Of a stretch of 64,000 nt of DNA, positions 13,229 to 29,122 are shown piece after piece. The notes below the pieces were generated by a model. That model saw nothing but the letters and a program-made list of their open reading frames with translations. It made no database searches and had not been told where the DNA came from. Made by a program: the position numbers and the translations under genes. The stretch lies in the NCBI GenBank assembly GCA_964016885.1, contig OZ024740.1, forward strand, positions 163,308,001 to 163,372,000, written 5' to 3'. Every line of letters starts with the position of its first letter. Within the stretch, counting starts at the first letter, position 1. This DNA comes from Eledone cirrhosa. Taxonomy: Eukaryota.

Positions 13229-13599
13229 GAATCATAGTCGATGGCGATCCTGGTCTGAAGTTCGATCCTGGTCGGGAGTAGGGTTCCCGGTAAACCTTTT
13301 CAGTATTTTCTATGGGATGTAAAATAAAAACTGAAAAAGATTACATGCATCTCTCAACCAGGATTGGACCCAAAACCAGGATCTCCACCGTCTCTAGTAC
13401 CTACCGCTAGCCCACCGAGACATTTACGAAAACCTGTGAAAATTCTTATTTATAAACCTACTTTCAAAATGTTCAAAACAAAATGATGTTGTGTCGTTCA
13501 TATCTTTCTTAATGTTATTGCTCCTACTGAAGGTCGACATCTAAATCATTTGGGTGTTCCATAAATTACATCCTCGTTTTGTTTCTCATCTATCTAGAC

Positions 13600-16500
13600 C
13601 ACAGTTTCTCAACCCATTTAGGCCAAACGCCCCCTTTTGTCCCTCGAAATCACGACCCCCCCCCCTATTTTTCCATTTTTCAATATACTACTGATTTTGA
13701 TATCAGTAGAGTAATAAAAAATTGATTAACAATATTCCAAAGATACCATTGCAGGCAGCTGAGAGTATAAATACATTCCTTGAAAGGAAATATATAAATT
13801 TAAAAAAAAGGAACATAAATGTTCTTTTTTATGAATAAGGACCAGTTGAATTTGTTATATTCCCACCAGGCGATACCAGCTATTTTGAACATTTATACAA
13901 GAGCAACTCTGTCTATCCCAAGTGTGCTCTTATCTGGAAGAAAGTGGCAATTATATCATTTCAAAGCTTTCCAATGTTCCCTTTAATGAAACGGACAAAA
14001 TAAGTGTTGATATCTAACTTGATGTCCCCTCCGGAAGTGGGTTTTCATAACCACGTAAAAGGGTATATTTATTAGTAAATGGTAAAATATATACAACAAA
14101 TAAGTAAGTGAATTGAAGTAGATGGTTTCTAGTCCAGTCAAACTGCAAGTACAAATAAAAAAATTGTTAGTTTGCTTTGTAACAATAGCATATCCAAGTT
14201 TTTGGATAAATCAACTTACTTTAACTTTGACCTTATTTCAATAGGACCCTTGAGTTTCATGGAGTCTAGCTAACTCTTTGACGCCAGGCTGGATTTTCGT
14301 AAAACATAGCTGGAGATCTCCATGTGTAATTACATTGTAGCGGTTGCGAGCCTTAATGTGCAGTCTGAAAACAGCACCAAACTCGACTAAGTATGAGCTT
14401 GAAAAAGGCAAATAAAATATCTTAGCCTCTGCATGTAGGTGTGGAAATCGACGCTGAATTTCCTCTTGCATCCCAAAATCTAATTTTGATCAAGTCATCT
14501 GCTTGAAGTTCAATGAATTCTTCCTGAAATTTAACGTCCAAATCATCGACGGTAGCTATGAAGGGATCTGCTATCCACATTGGGATGTCCATCTGCAAAA
14601 GGTCGACAAACCGTTCTCTCATGTTGTCTTGTAACGCACGGGGGTGCGTGGTATAAATTTGGAGTTGGTCATCGCTTACAATGTTTTGAACATTGGCAAC
14701 ACTAGGAAAATTATAGAATTACCGTCAACAAAGATTCCTTTCGATGACATTCAATTTGGCCAGGAACATTTTCACAGCATTCCTTGCTTTAAGCAAGGAG
14801 ATCTTCTTCCCCTGCAAAGCCAAAATGACGCTATTGCATTTGTCGAAGATGTCAGTGAGGTAGGCGCAGTCTTGCCTCACTTCGAGGGTTTTCTTGTACA
14901 GTTTTGTGTTTCATCCTTGCAGAAACTCAATGACAGAGTCGAAGAGTTCAAAGAAGTGAGTAAGGCACTTGCCCTTTGAAAGCCACCTCACTTCAGTATG
15001 AAGGAGCAACTTGACAAATTCTTCGTCATGATCTTCGTACAGTTCCCGGAAAATTCGTTCATTGAGGGAATGCCGTTTGATAAAATTGATGACATCAATG
15101 GCACCTGCAAGGACTTGCTCAGCGGCTCGCTGAGTTTCTTCGCAGCCAAGTGTTGTCGATGAATGACACAATGAACAGCAAATACAGATAGATTTTCTCT
15201 CTTCAAAAGAGTGACGAAACCCTTATGTTGGCCGACCATTGCTATTTCGTCGTCCGTAGCACGATAACATGTGTGTTGTATGTGGTCCTAGATGTATGTA
15301 TTACCTGCCTGTGTGTTGTATGTAGTCCTAGATGTATGTATTACTTGCTTTTGTATTGCATGTGGTCCCAGCTGTATGTATTACCTGCTTGTATGTTGTA
15401 TGTGGTCCTAGATGTGGTCCTCCTGTGTTGTATGTGGTCCTAGATGTATGTACTACCTGATTATGTGCTGTATTTGGTCCTAGATGTTTGTATTACCTGA
15501 TTATGTGTTGTATGTGGTCCTAGATGTTTGTATTACCTGATTATGTGTTGTATGTGGTCCTAGATGTATGTATTACCTGATTATGTGTTGTATGTGGTCC
15601 TAGATGTATGTATTACCTTCTTGTGTGTTGTATGTGGTCCTAGATGTATGTATTACCTGCTTGTATGTTGCATATGGTCCCAGCTGTATGTATTACCTGC
15701 TTGTATGTTGTATGTAGTCCTAGATGTATGTATTACCTGCTTCTATGTTGCATGTGGTCGCAGCTGTATGTATTACATGCTTGTGTGTTGTATGTGGTCC
15801 TAGATGTGTGTATTACCTGCTTGTGTATTGCATGTGGTCCCAGCTGTATGTATTACCTGCTTGTGTATTGCATGTGGTCCCAGCTGTATGTATTACCTGC
15901 TTGTGTATTGCATGTGGTCCCAGCTGTATGTATTACCTGCTTGTGTGTTGTATGTGATCCTAGATGCATATATTACCTGTTTGTGTGTAGTATGTGGTCC
16001 TAGATGTTTTTATTACCTGCTTATGTGTTGTATGTGGTCCTAGATGTATGTATTACCTGCCTGTGTGTTGTATGTGGTCCTAGATGTGTGTGCTACCTCC
16101 TTATGTGTTGTATGTAGACTTAGATGTGTGTATTACCTCCTTATGTGTTGCATGTGGTCCTAGATATATGTATTACCTGTTGGTGTGTTGTATGTGGTCC
16201 TAGATGTGTGTGCTACCTCCTTATGTGTTACACGTGGTCCTAGATGTATGTATTACCTGCGTATGTGTTGTATGTGGTCCTAGATGTGTGTATTACCTGC
16301 TTATGTGTTGTATGTGGTCCTAAATGTGTGTGCTACCCGCTACTGTGTTTTTTCTTTTCTTTTTATTTGTAATATTATTTATACAATAGGGAATAAAATA
16401 GATCTACATAGTGTTAACTCGTTACGGTTGAGTCAATAATTTCAGACATGAAATACATTGTTATCGGTGAAGGAAAGATAAGATTCTAACTGGCTGCGCT

Positions 16501-16821
16501 CTAAGTGTCTTGACCCAGTTGACTGTGGATTTTCCATTTTTAGGATTTCAATTGCCGGTTAATGTCTAGACACGCCTGCACACCTGCTCACAGCTGCGGT
16601 GAGACCATAGTTATGCTGTCTGCATGTTCATTCAAATGCATTCACACTGGCTGTCTCAAAGACATACAAATATGGCTTATAAAAGTTACCAAAGTAAAGA
16701 GACTTCCAGTGCCCCCTAGCGCCCTCCAAAGCTCCAAACGCCCCCAACGCCCCCTTGCTACCCCCCCTGGAGTTCCGAAAGCCCACCTGAGGGTGCATAT
16801 TCCCCCCGTTGAGAACCTTTG
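13600..16821 (-). mobile_element. hAT (Charlie/Buster group) DNA transposon with decayed transposase
   Basis: TSD ATCTAGAC at 13592-13599 and 16822-16829; TIRs CACAGTTTCTCAAC / CAAAGGTTCTCAAC; motifs HCVIHRQHLAAK, LLLHTEVRWLSKG, PFSSSYLVE. Confidence 0.93.
15265..16340. repeat. 40-bp minisatellite (~26-27 copies) inside the hAT element
   Basis: Unit GTGTGTTGTATGTGGTCCTAGATGTATGTATTACCTGCTT. Confidence 0.95.
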
Positions 16822-17099
16822 ATCTAGACTATAGTTTAAGCTATAGAATGCTATCATTTAATTTTTATAATGAATAAATAATATTTTCAAAAAATACATA
16901 AGTGGAAACAATATCTCTATATATATAAATATGCTTGTGTGTGTGTGTCTATATATGTATGTTTGCATGAATGAATACACTAAGCTTTAGATTTAATAGA
17001 ATGTACAACAACTGATTCCAGCTATTTGCACCATCATATATTTTGATTTTATATATATATATATATATAAAGTTGTATTCCTGTCTGTTTTTTTGTTGT

Positions 17100-17700
17100 T
17101 TGTTCACGAACTCTACTCCTATAGTTTTGGAGATAGACCCCCATAATTATATATATTCTGAAACTGCATTGCCCAGGGTATTTGGATAAGTATATTTTAA
17201 TCAAAAGGTTCCCCGGGGGCTTAAACCCCCGTTGAAAATGTTTTTCCTTCGATTTATATGAAATTTAAACCATAGGTAAATGACAAGATATGATGCCTAT
17301 TCACTAAACTTCAATAATATTAAGAGACGCTAATGGGGGTTAAACCCCCTATAGTGAACATTTTGTCCAATAAATGGAACAAGATTTCACGAACTCCTCC
17401 TATAGTTTTGGAGATAGACCCCCATAACCATATATATTCTGAAACTACATTGCCCAGGGTACTGGGATAAGTATATTTCATTTTAATCAAAGGGTTCCCC
17501 GGAGGCACAAAACCCCAGCTGAAAACTTTTTCCCTTCGATTTATATGAATTTTAAACCATAGGTAAATGACAAGATATGATGCCTATTTACAAAATTTCA
17601 GCAAATTTCAATAATATTTAGATACCCTAATGGGGGTTACACCCCCTATTAGGGTTCCCCGGGGACACAAAACCCCGCTGAAAATTGTTTTCCTTTGATA
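17100..17700. repeat. Tandem duplication of a ~285-bp unit, probably a non-autonomous element
   Basis: TCACGAACTC..CCTATAGTTTTGGAGATAGACCCCC at 17104 and 17387. Confidence 0.75.
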
Positions 17701-18038
17701 ACTTTGATGGCTTTCGGCCAGTATTGGCCCAGGTCATATCTAACTTAATAACACCACCTGGCGAAGTCTTTCAAATCAGGATTTGGACACCATGGCCCAG
17801 GACTAGCGTCCGATACGTTAAAATACTTTTCTTATATCAAGCGTCTTCCTATATCAAGCGTTAACCTAATATATCCCTTCCATATATATCCCTTTGTATG
17901 TGTATGTGTGTGCGTAATCTGAGTTTTTCGAATATTAATAATAACATTCGATTCGTTTGCAATTATGCAAATATGCCTCATTTTTATTTTTAAAGCCATA
18001 TCAGTAGAATGAACCCTTCATTCTTGCTCTTGTGTTGG

Positions 18039-18082
<44 letters not shown>

Positions 18083-18084
18083 GT

Positions 18085-18591
18085 CTGGTCGCTCTCGAGT
18101 GCTACTGATAACATGTAACCCTGTACAACCTGTCTCATAGTTGGGTCGTCGGCGACTAAACCGGCAACCCCTCCAAGCTTGCTTGATGAGGAGGGTTATA
18201 TTTGGATACCCTGCGGGATGAAATACAAGACCTGGCAAAGGGCGGAGGAACTCGACCATCCAAATATTACTTTTTTTTTACCTGGGAGTGAAAGGCCCTC
18301 AGTTGTTATCACAACACCTTTCTAGGAGGGGGAAACTCTAAAAAAAAACCTGCGACTTCGGAAGCATCCGATGATGTTGACCAGTTCTCCTTTTCGGGTA
18401 GTGTTTTCGATGCTCAGAGAGTGGCATTGGTCGAGAGCAATGCCTTCCCCACTTAAAAAACCTTCAAAGCACAGGCATTGCTTGTTCAGGATATGTTACA
18501 GGTTTGTGTGGCTGGCCGTTGCCTAAAAGTGCACCAAACTCTGTAATCTGATAAGCGATTGTAATACTCTTAGCAGAGTTTTCAGCCATCA
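18085..18591 (+). mobile_element. Non-autonomous RTE-related retroposon (second copy 47932-48342, minus strand)
   Basis: The two copies share a 5' GCTCTCGA..GTCGTCGGCGACTAAAC.GGCAACCCC block and the 3' end CTCTTAGCAGAGTTTTCAGCCATCA. Confidence 0.7.
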
Positions 18592-18762
18592 CATATATAT
18601 ATATATATATAAATAATTGACGGTAGCACTAAGAGAGCGGTTAAGTATAATAGAGGTATATATGAAAATATGTATAATATGCTTATATACAATAAACATA
18701 TGGGTGGCCTCACTGCAGAAGGAAAATTTTTTTTCGTAACGAAAAGTATATACATATATATA

Positions 18763-18834
<72 letters not shown>

Positions 18835-18836
<2 letters not shown>

Positions 18837-19503
18837 GAAAACAGGGAGAAAGAGACGATTATGAGGAAGAAAAATATATTTTTTTCCTTTTTTGTTTCTC
18901 TCTCTCTTTTTTCTGGGTTAGAAAATGATTAAAACGAAATGTTTTACTTTGTGTGATATGTTAAGGTATTAGTTGATTTATTTATTATTTAACAATAGTA
19001 TTTATTTATCCACCATTTTCCTCCATCACGGAACCATGGTTCAACTAAGCACGCTTGCTATATTAACACATTTTGATCTGCTTAACTTCAATGACTTTGC
19101 TTGTAAATAACATTATTTTTTCTGCCACATTGACTTTTTACGTTCCACATTATGCATGTTTTTTTTCCTTTTTCTTTTCACTTCTTAAACCTTGTTTGTA
19201 AATATCATTATTCTTTCTGCACCTTCTGTTTAACACGTGCGACACCACACTAATACATTTCACTATCATTTGATAATGCATATAAATGCTGAAACCGGTA
19301 ATAGACAATAATTAAATATATAAATAGATAAATAAATGCAATTGTTAAATAATAAATAAATCAACTAATACCTTAACACTTCACACAAAGTAAAACATTT
19401 CGTTTCAATCATTTTCTAACCCAGAAAAGAGAGAGAGGGAAACAAAAAAGGAAAAAAATATTTTTTTCTTCCTCATAATCGCCTCTTTCTCCTTGTTTTC
19501 ATA
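18835..19503. repeat. Inverted repeat (~175-bp arms) between (TA)n tracts with a decayed hammerhead in the spacer
   Basis: 18835-19010 vs 19326-19503 are diverged reverse complements; UUGAUAA-U-GCAU auaa AUGC-U-GAAA-CCGG-UA at 19270-19300. Confidence 0.85.
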
Positions 19504-19539
19504 TATATGTATACACTCGTGTGCTTCCTCTCCACATTT

Positions 19540-19639
<100 letters not shown>

Positions 19640-19975
19640 GTATATATATTTATATATACTTTTCGTTACGAAAAAGAAAAAAAATATATATATATAGTAT
19701 ATACTCTCAAATTACATACTTACAAACTACTATACATTTAAAACTATCATGTGAAGTCACTTCATGATTTTGCTGAGAATTTAGCTTCACTCATACATAT
19801 ATGTAAGTGTACGTGATCATTTCTTCGTTTCCATATTTCCTTCTACATATACACATAAGCACGTATGCGTATTTATTTATTTATATATATATTAATATGT
19901 GTATAGTTAAATCTACATCTATATCTCTTTCTATAATACACTTGCTCCCTTTCTCTTTTTTTCTCTGTTTGTATG

Positions 19976-20013
<38 letters not shown>

Positions 20014-20087
20014 CACCCACTCTACTACCCTAAGTAACGAGTACTCTCGTGTGTTATGGTCCACCTGGTATCTTACCACACCTTCTT

Positions 20088-20545
<458 letters not shown>

Positions 20546-21077
20546 TCGTGGTTGATATGTTTACACAAGTGATCACTTGTGTTTAGAGACACCTAATGAT
20601 CAGTTTGTGTTATATATATATATATATATTGCACAATATATTACAATTCATGTATTAACCTAGAGGCACACAGATGTTTGGTCGTGTTATTATTTCACTC
20701 CCTTATTATTCAGTCACCATCTAACTTGCTATTGCAATATGTAATCGACATTATTTGCTTATTTTCCATTATTTGGTTATTTTCAGGCATATTGATATAG
20801 TAGATGATATTATTCTATATATCGGCAATATTTACCTTTAACTTTAAATCAGATATCTGAATTATTTGTTTGAAGTGTTTATTATTATTGACCAACGTCT
20901 TAATGGCGACATTGTGTGTATTAGAAGAACTCATAAGTTTGGATTTTGTAAAATATATTATGCATGCAGACACTTACCTGATGATTGCGCTGAGTTTCAA
21001 AAATGATATTACCTGACTCTTTATTCCATTATGTACCTCTAAACCTGCAAGACATGCACTTGAATCCATACACATTG

Positions 21078-21431
21078 AATCTGTCAACTCTCCTCCATCC
21101 GACGGGGAGATCTCTCACCCACTTTGAGTTATTTAGAGATGTCTTCACTTGTGAAAATGAGTATAACTTTCATTGATTGACAGTATCAGTAGAGGGTCGG
21201 ACACCATGCTTTGCAGCAAAGAGCTACGGCCCTTTATGGCCTAAGTTCAAATCCCGCCGAGGTAACTTTGCCTTTCATCCTTACAGCATCGATAAAATAA
21301 AGTACCAGTAATGCACCTGGATAATTGCTGGCCTTGTGCCAAAAGTAGAAACATTTTGTCTCATTTCTCCCCGTTTGGGGGTGCTTTTTTCCTAGTACTC
21401 CCCATTTAGATTTTCAGAGGTTGGCAGGTCT
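21078..21431 (+). mobile_element. hAT-like MITE with a nested Nin/Deu-core SINE (~21180-21352)
   Basis: Homologous to the MITE at 50699-50874 and ends GTTGGCAGGTCT; SINE core GTTCAAATCCCGCCGAGG..TTTGCCTTTCATCC lies inside. Confidence 0.7.
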
Positions 21432-22144
21432 GCGGTAGTGCAGGATCCGATGATGGCACAACGCGTATACTGTTCAAAGCAGATCTCCTTGATTCATCGT
21501 AGGGCGTTCAGTTACTTCTCATAGCCCCAACTTTGGTGTTCGAACTTGCACCACACGTCGGTTGTTTGTTTGCGCTTGTGCCATGAATAGAATATGAGTA
21601 TCTGGTGCTGCTATAACGAAACACTGACATTTAATACAACTCCTGAACCTTAATTTTGTATCATATATTCTGTATACATCACAATATTTCACCTCTATAT
21701 AATCTTTTACTGTCTTTTTACTCGATAAGCATGTTCCAACATTATATATTTATTTCATACCATATTTTTAATCAATATTTCATTTATTTAATGATGTATT
21801 TAATTCTAAGTACTTAATTAACTATTTATCTAATTAAATAGTCAGTTATTTAATTTATTTATTAAGCACCAATTCTATTTTCTATTTCTTTTTCTAATGT
21901 ATGTTGATTATTTATTTATTCAATTGATTATTTACATGGCATGGAAGTATCTATAACACATGATATATTTTACCACCATTACAAGCTCCACACCCATCTT
22001 GGTCACATACCAAACCCACAATGCCTTGCATTGACAGGCTTGTTATTCGAAGATGGTCAGTAACAACAATAATACTTACTTCGCAGGCCATCTCCGAATC
22101 AAATATTTTCTGTTTGTGTTTGCCGTTTACTGATTAACTAATTA

Positions 22145-22214
22145 TGCAATACGAACCTGATGACGTCACCAGGATCTTATGTAACCAGGCCAATGAAATA
22201 TATAGTGTTTTGCA
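22145..22214 (+). ncRNA. Decayed minimal hammerhead candidate
   Basis: CUGAUGA (22157)...GAAA-UAUA-UA; imperfect stem I TGCAATACGAAC/GTGTTTTGCA; stem II poor. Confidence 0.45.
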
Positions 22215-22269
22215 AAAATAAAACTTTTAGGGAACTTCACCAATCCGGCCTCCTGTTATTTTAATCAAA

Positions 22270-22409
<140 letters not shown>

Positions 22410-22928
22410 GTACGTGTGTGTATGTATGCGTGTGTGGAAAGAGAAAAAGAAGAGAGAGAGAAGTTCATTCTATTATATTTAATAGGAGTGATGATCAAAA
22501 TTCTAATTATATATATACATATGCAATGAGGAAAAGACAACATTAGCTCAATGACCAATTTTTAATCATGTCGGTGAAGATGGGAAACAACTCAGAATAA
22601 TTTGATCTCCTCAGCGAAGCATGAACATCAACGAACTAATCGAATTATTGATGAGAGAATCGCTTCGTGGGTGTACACTATTTTATAAAATTAGGTCTGA
22701 AAGATTAGCATATTTGAAAACATGCTGAGGTTTGCCAACATATGTGCAAATACGCCACTAATTGGATTGTTGATGTATGTGTGTTTGTGTGTATATGTTT
22801 TGTGTGTAAGGAATGTGTTTTCCTGCTTTCCCTTGAGTGAAAAAATAAGGAAATAAAATGTCATATGTATTTTTGTGTAGATATATCCAATTTGTTCTGG
22901 TTGTTGTATAGACATCCATGCAGCTGCT

Positions 22929-22967
22929 TGTCGTCTGATGAACAAATGATGCCGAAAGACAACAACA
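22929..22967 (+). ncRNA. Decayed minimal hammerhead candidate
   Basis: UGUCGU-CUGAUGA-...-GAAA-GACA-ACAACA; stem II and cleavage site damaged. Confidence 0.3.
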
Positions 22968-23271
22968 TTAAACTGCTATTTCGCCATGTTGCATACATTC
23001 GCTAGAAAAGACAGGCATTTTTTCGTCGATTGATAATTACACAATCACCTAATTCCTCACTAACTTTGATCAATGAAATGTTTTAAAAATTTAATACATA
23101 TGTGGCAGTGAAAGTACATAGCTTAGTGGTAAGGAGGTAATCGACTCTCATTTGTAAAATCATGAATTCGATTCATGATGGTGAGTGATGTTTGTGGGGA
23201 AGTCCAACCAGTCCAACCAGCTAGCAAAAATATATTGTATTTGTAATTCTAAGATCAACATTTTCACACTG

Positions 23272-26700
<3,429 letters not shown>

Positions 26701-26726
26701 CGTATGTTTTGTTATTTTGTTTTAAT

Positions 26727-26866
26727 CGAAAACGATAAACGGAAAAAATGAAACGAAATTTCTGTATACATATATGTATGTACGTATACATACTTATATT
26801 TAAGTAACAACCGTACTAAGAGTGGGAAATGAAATTTCGTTTCATTTTTTCCGTTTATCGTTTTCG
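26727..26866. repeat. 36-bp inverted repeat
   Basis: CGAAAACGATAAACGGAAAAAATGAAACGAAATTTC (26727-26762) and its reverse complement (26831-26866). Confidence 0.9.
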
Positions 26867-26976
26867 GTGCGCCCGGCCGATTAACTCACTCGATATGCAA
26901 ATTAGGCTGCCCAGCCGTTAATATGCATAAGGAAAGTATATACTTTCAGACGTTCAATCATCTGGCAGGAAGGTAT

Positions 26977-27019
26977 ACGTTGCTGACGATAGCTAATAAG
27001 CTTGAAACTAGTACAGCGT
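26977..27019 (+). ncRNA. Minimal type I hammerhead ribozyme
   Basis: ACGUUG-CUGACGA-U-AGCU aaua AGCU-U-GAAA-CUAG-UA-CAGCGU; palindromic CUAG loop, 6-bp stem I. Confidence 0.88.
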
Positions 27020-27213
27020 TCTTTTGTCAGTGTTGAACAAATGAGCAACGATGGTTGCTCGACACTGTACGGCTTCATTCGGGATGTTTGTTTACAAACA
27101 CACCGAGCATTATAATAAATGTTCGGTGAATCCATACGTACATATATATATGTGTGCATGTATGTATATATATATACATACTACTGTACGTCTGTATACA
27201 TATATGTATGTAC

Positions 27214-27249
<36 letters not shown>

Positions 27250-27251
<2 letters not shown>

Positions 27252-28309
27252 CAGATAGAAAAATGCGTACAGCAAAAAAAAGTAATATTGTTGGAATATA
27301 AACCTTTAAAAATACAGGACAAGAAACTAAAATAAAACTTTAAAAGTATAGGACAAGAAACTAAGATAAAACTTTAAAAGAATAGGACAAGAAACTAAGA
27401 TATAACTTTAAAGAATTGGACAAGAAATAAAAAAATTTACAATAATATTAGTGGCAAAATTTTTATTGGTAAAAAATCGAGTTCCACATTCATAGGCTCT
27501 GGGTTCCACATTCAGAGGTCGTCATCAGACCGGGGGATCATTTGATCCTGGTTTGAACACCAATTGGGCCATAACCATACCCCTATTTCATCATTCGGCG
27601 ACACGCCTCATGTGTCATGCATAATGTGAATGGACCCATGGGCCCATGAGCACAGATCTTGAGCAGCAGCGGATGGTCTTGTCGTCCCGCTCATCCTTGA
27701 TCTTGATCAACCCGTCCATCTTCTCCTTGCATCTTGTCCTTGAGTTCAAGTCCGGCAGTCCAGATGAATGCGTGCCACAGCTTTCTGGTACAGGAAGGGG
27801 GAGCAGGAGGACTGGAGGGATGACGGGACAGAGGGAGGGATGACCGGTGGTTGAGGGAGGTGCCGTAGTCGGTGGTCAGAGTCGACATCTTGTCCCGGTC
27901 GTCTTCTCCATCTTCGTCTGGTGTTGCGGGACCAGAAGTGCATTCTTGGAGGAGACCTGCAGCTGCATCGGCCAATTCTTCTTGCAATGGTCATTCTGAC
28001 GGAGCAGAACTGCTCAGCCAACCAACCCCAACCAGAACCAACCGCTCAGGAGCAACGTACAATGAGAGCATGACAATTATTATGCATTAATCAAGAAGAT
28101 ACTGGGGCATAGCACAGGAAACGAATAAAAAAATGTTGCCACTAATATTATTGTAAATTTTTTTATTTCTTGTCCAATTCTTTAAAGTTTTATCTTAGTT
28201 TCTTGTCCTATTCTTTTAAAGTTTTATTTTAGTTTCTTGTCCTGTATTTTTAAAGGTTTATATTCCAACAATATTACTTTTTTTTGCTGTACGCATTTTT
28301 CTATCTGGT
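27250..28309. repeat. Long inverted repeat (~185-220-bp arms with ~32-bp subrepeats) enclosing a GC-rich coding-like segment
   Basis: 27250-27468 vs 28124-28309; GGACAAGAAACTAAGATAAAACTTTAAAAG subrepeats with one extra unit in the left arm. Confidence 0.92.
27640..27990 (-). pseudogene. Unidentified coding remnant
   Basis: GC-rich; ORF MQEELADAAAGLLQECTSGPATPDEDGEDDRDK..., with a protein-like continuation RCKEKMDGLIKIKDERDDKTIRCC in another frame. Confidence 0.35.
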
Positions 28310-28582
28310 CTACTATTTTTTAAGGCAATGCAAGCAACAACTATCTAATAATTAAATGATCATAGTGAATTACTGACAAGTGATTGACATTTTAAAGTCC
28401 TTTTGAGTATAATTGCAATCTAGTTGAGGCAACTGGCTTAATGACAAAGCTAGTAAATCATGAATGCATTTGAGATGATTAATGCATAATAGTGAATTGG
28501 TGAAACTTGTGCATTTCAATGGTGTTACAACAATAGATGTAAGTTATATAGTAGTAATACTTTATCATTTTAACTTTTTAGA

Positions 28583-28942
28583 ATGGACAAAAACCCATGC
28601 AAAGAAATGACTTTGACTGCAGTGATTCTCTCCAATTTACTTACAAAGCAAAACGTGGTCAAATACCTTATCATCTCTGATAAAATGCCCATTGAATCAC
28701 TGAAAATCGGATGCATGGAATTCCTCATAAAATGTACCTATGAATCGGAAGCCATCACATATATCAATGGATATAGGGAGTTGTTCACACTGGAAGACCA
28801 TCACTTCATTTGTGACTTCATCAGTTATCTCCACGATTATCTCAGACACCCAATGCCATTGATGAGAGGTGATCCAATGTATGAGCATGTAACTAATCTT
28901 ATAGAAGTTGTTATCGACCACCTGGCTTTTAGTGACATTTGA
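28583..28942 (+). CDS. Orphan 119-aa protein
   Basis: Uninterrupted, non-repetitive ORF; candidate 43-nt GT-AG 5'UTR intron 28539-28581; AATAAA at about 29028. Confidence 0.5.
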   Translation: MDKNPCKEMTLTAVILSNLLTKQNVVKYLIISDKMPIESLKIGCMEFLIKCTYESEAITYINGYRELFTLEDHHFICDFISYLHDYLRHPMPLMRGDPMYEHVTNLIEVVIDHLAFSDI

Positions 28943-29122
28943 CTGATTTGACTGATAATGATGTATTTTTAAAAAGTATGTGTACATTCTTGTTACTATT
29001 TTAAGGCAATGCAAGCAACAACTATTTAATAAAATTTAAATTTAAAAATGACCATTGTGCATTACTAGTATGATGACATTTTATTAAGTCACAAAATTAG
29101 TCAGTCAGCCATAGAACAAGGA

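Noticed and set aside
13240-13430. tRNA gene
   Set aside because: Only B-box-like fragments and no cloverleaf; likely repeat-derived.
15265-16340. CRISPR-like array or Cys/Val-rich ORFs
   Set aside because: Contiguous tandem 40-mers with no unique spacers, no cas genes, and a eukaryotic context; the ORFs are repeat translations.
18085-18170. HDV-like ribozyme at the 5' end of the RTE-related element
   Set aside because: A P2/P4-like pairing is conceivable, but I could not build P1, P3 and P1.1.
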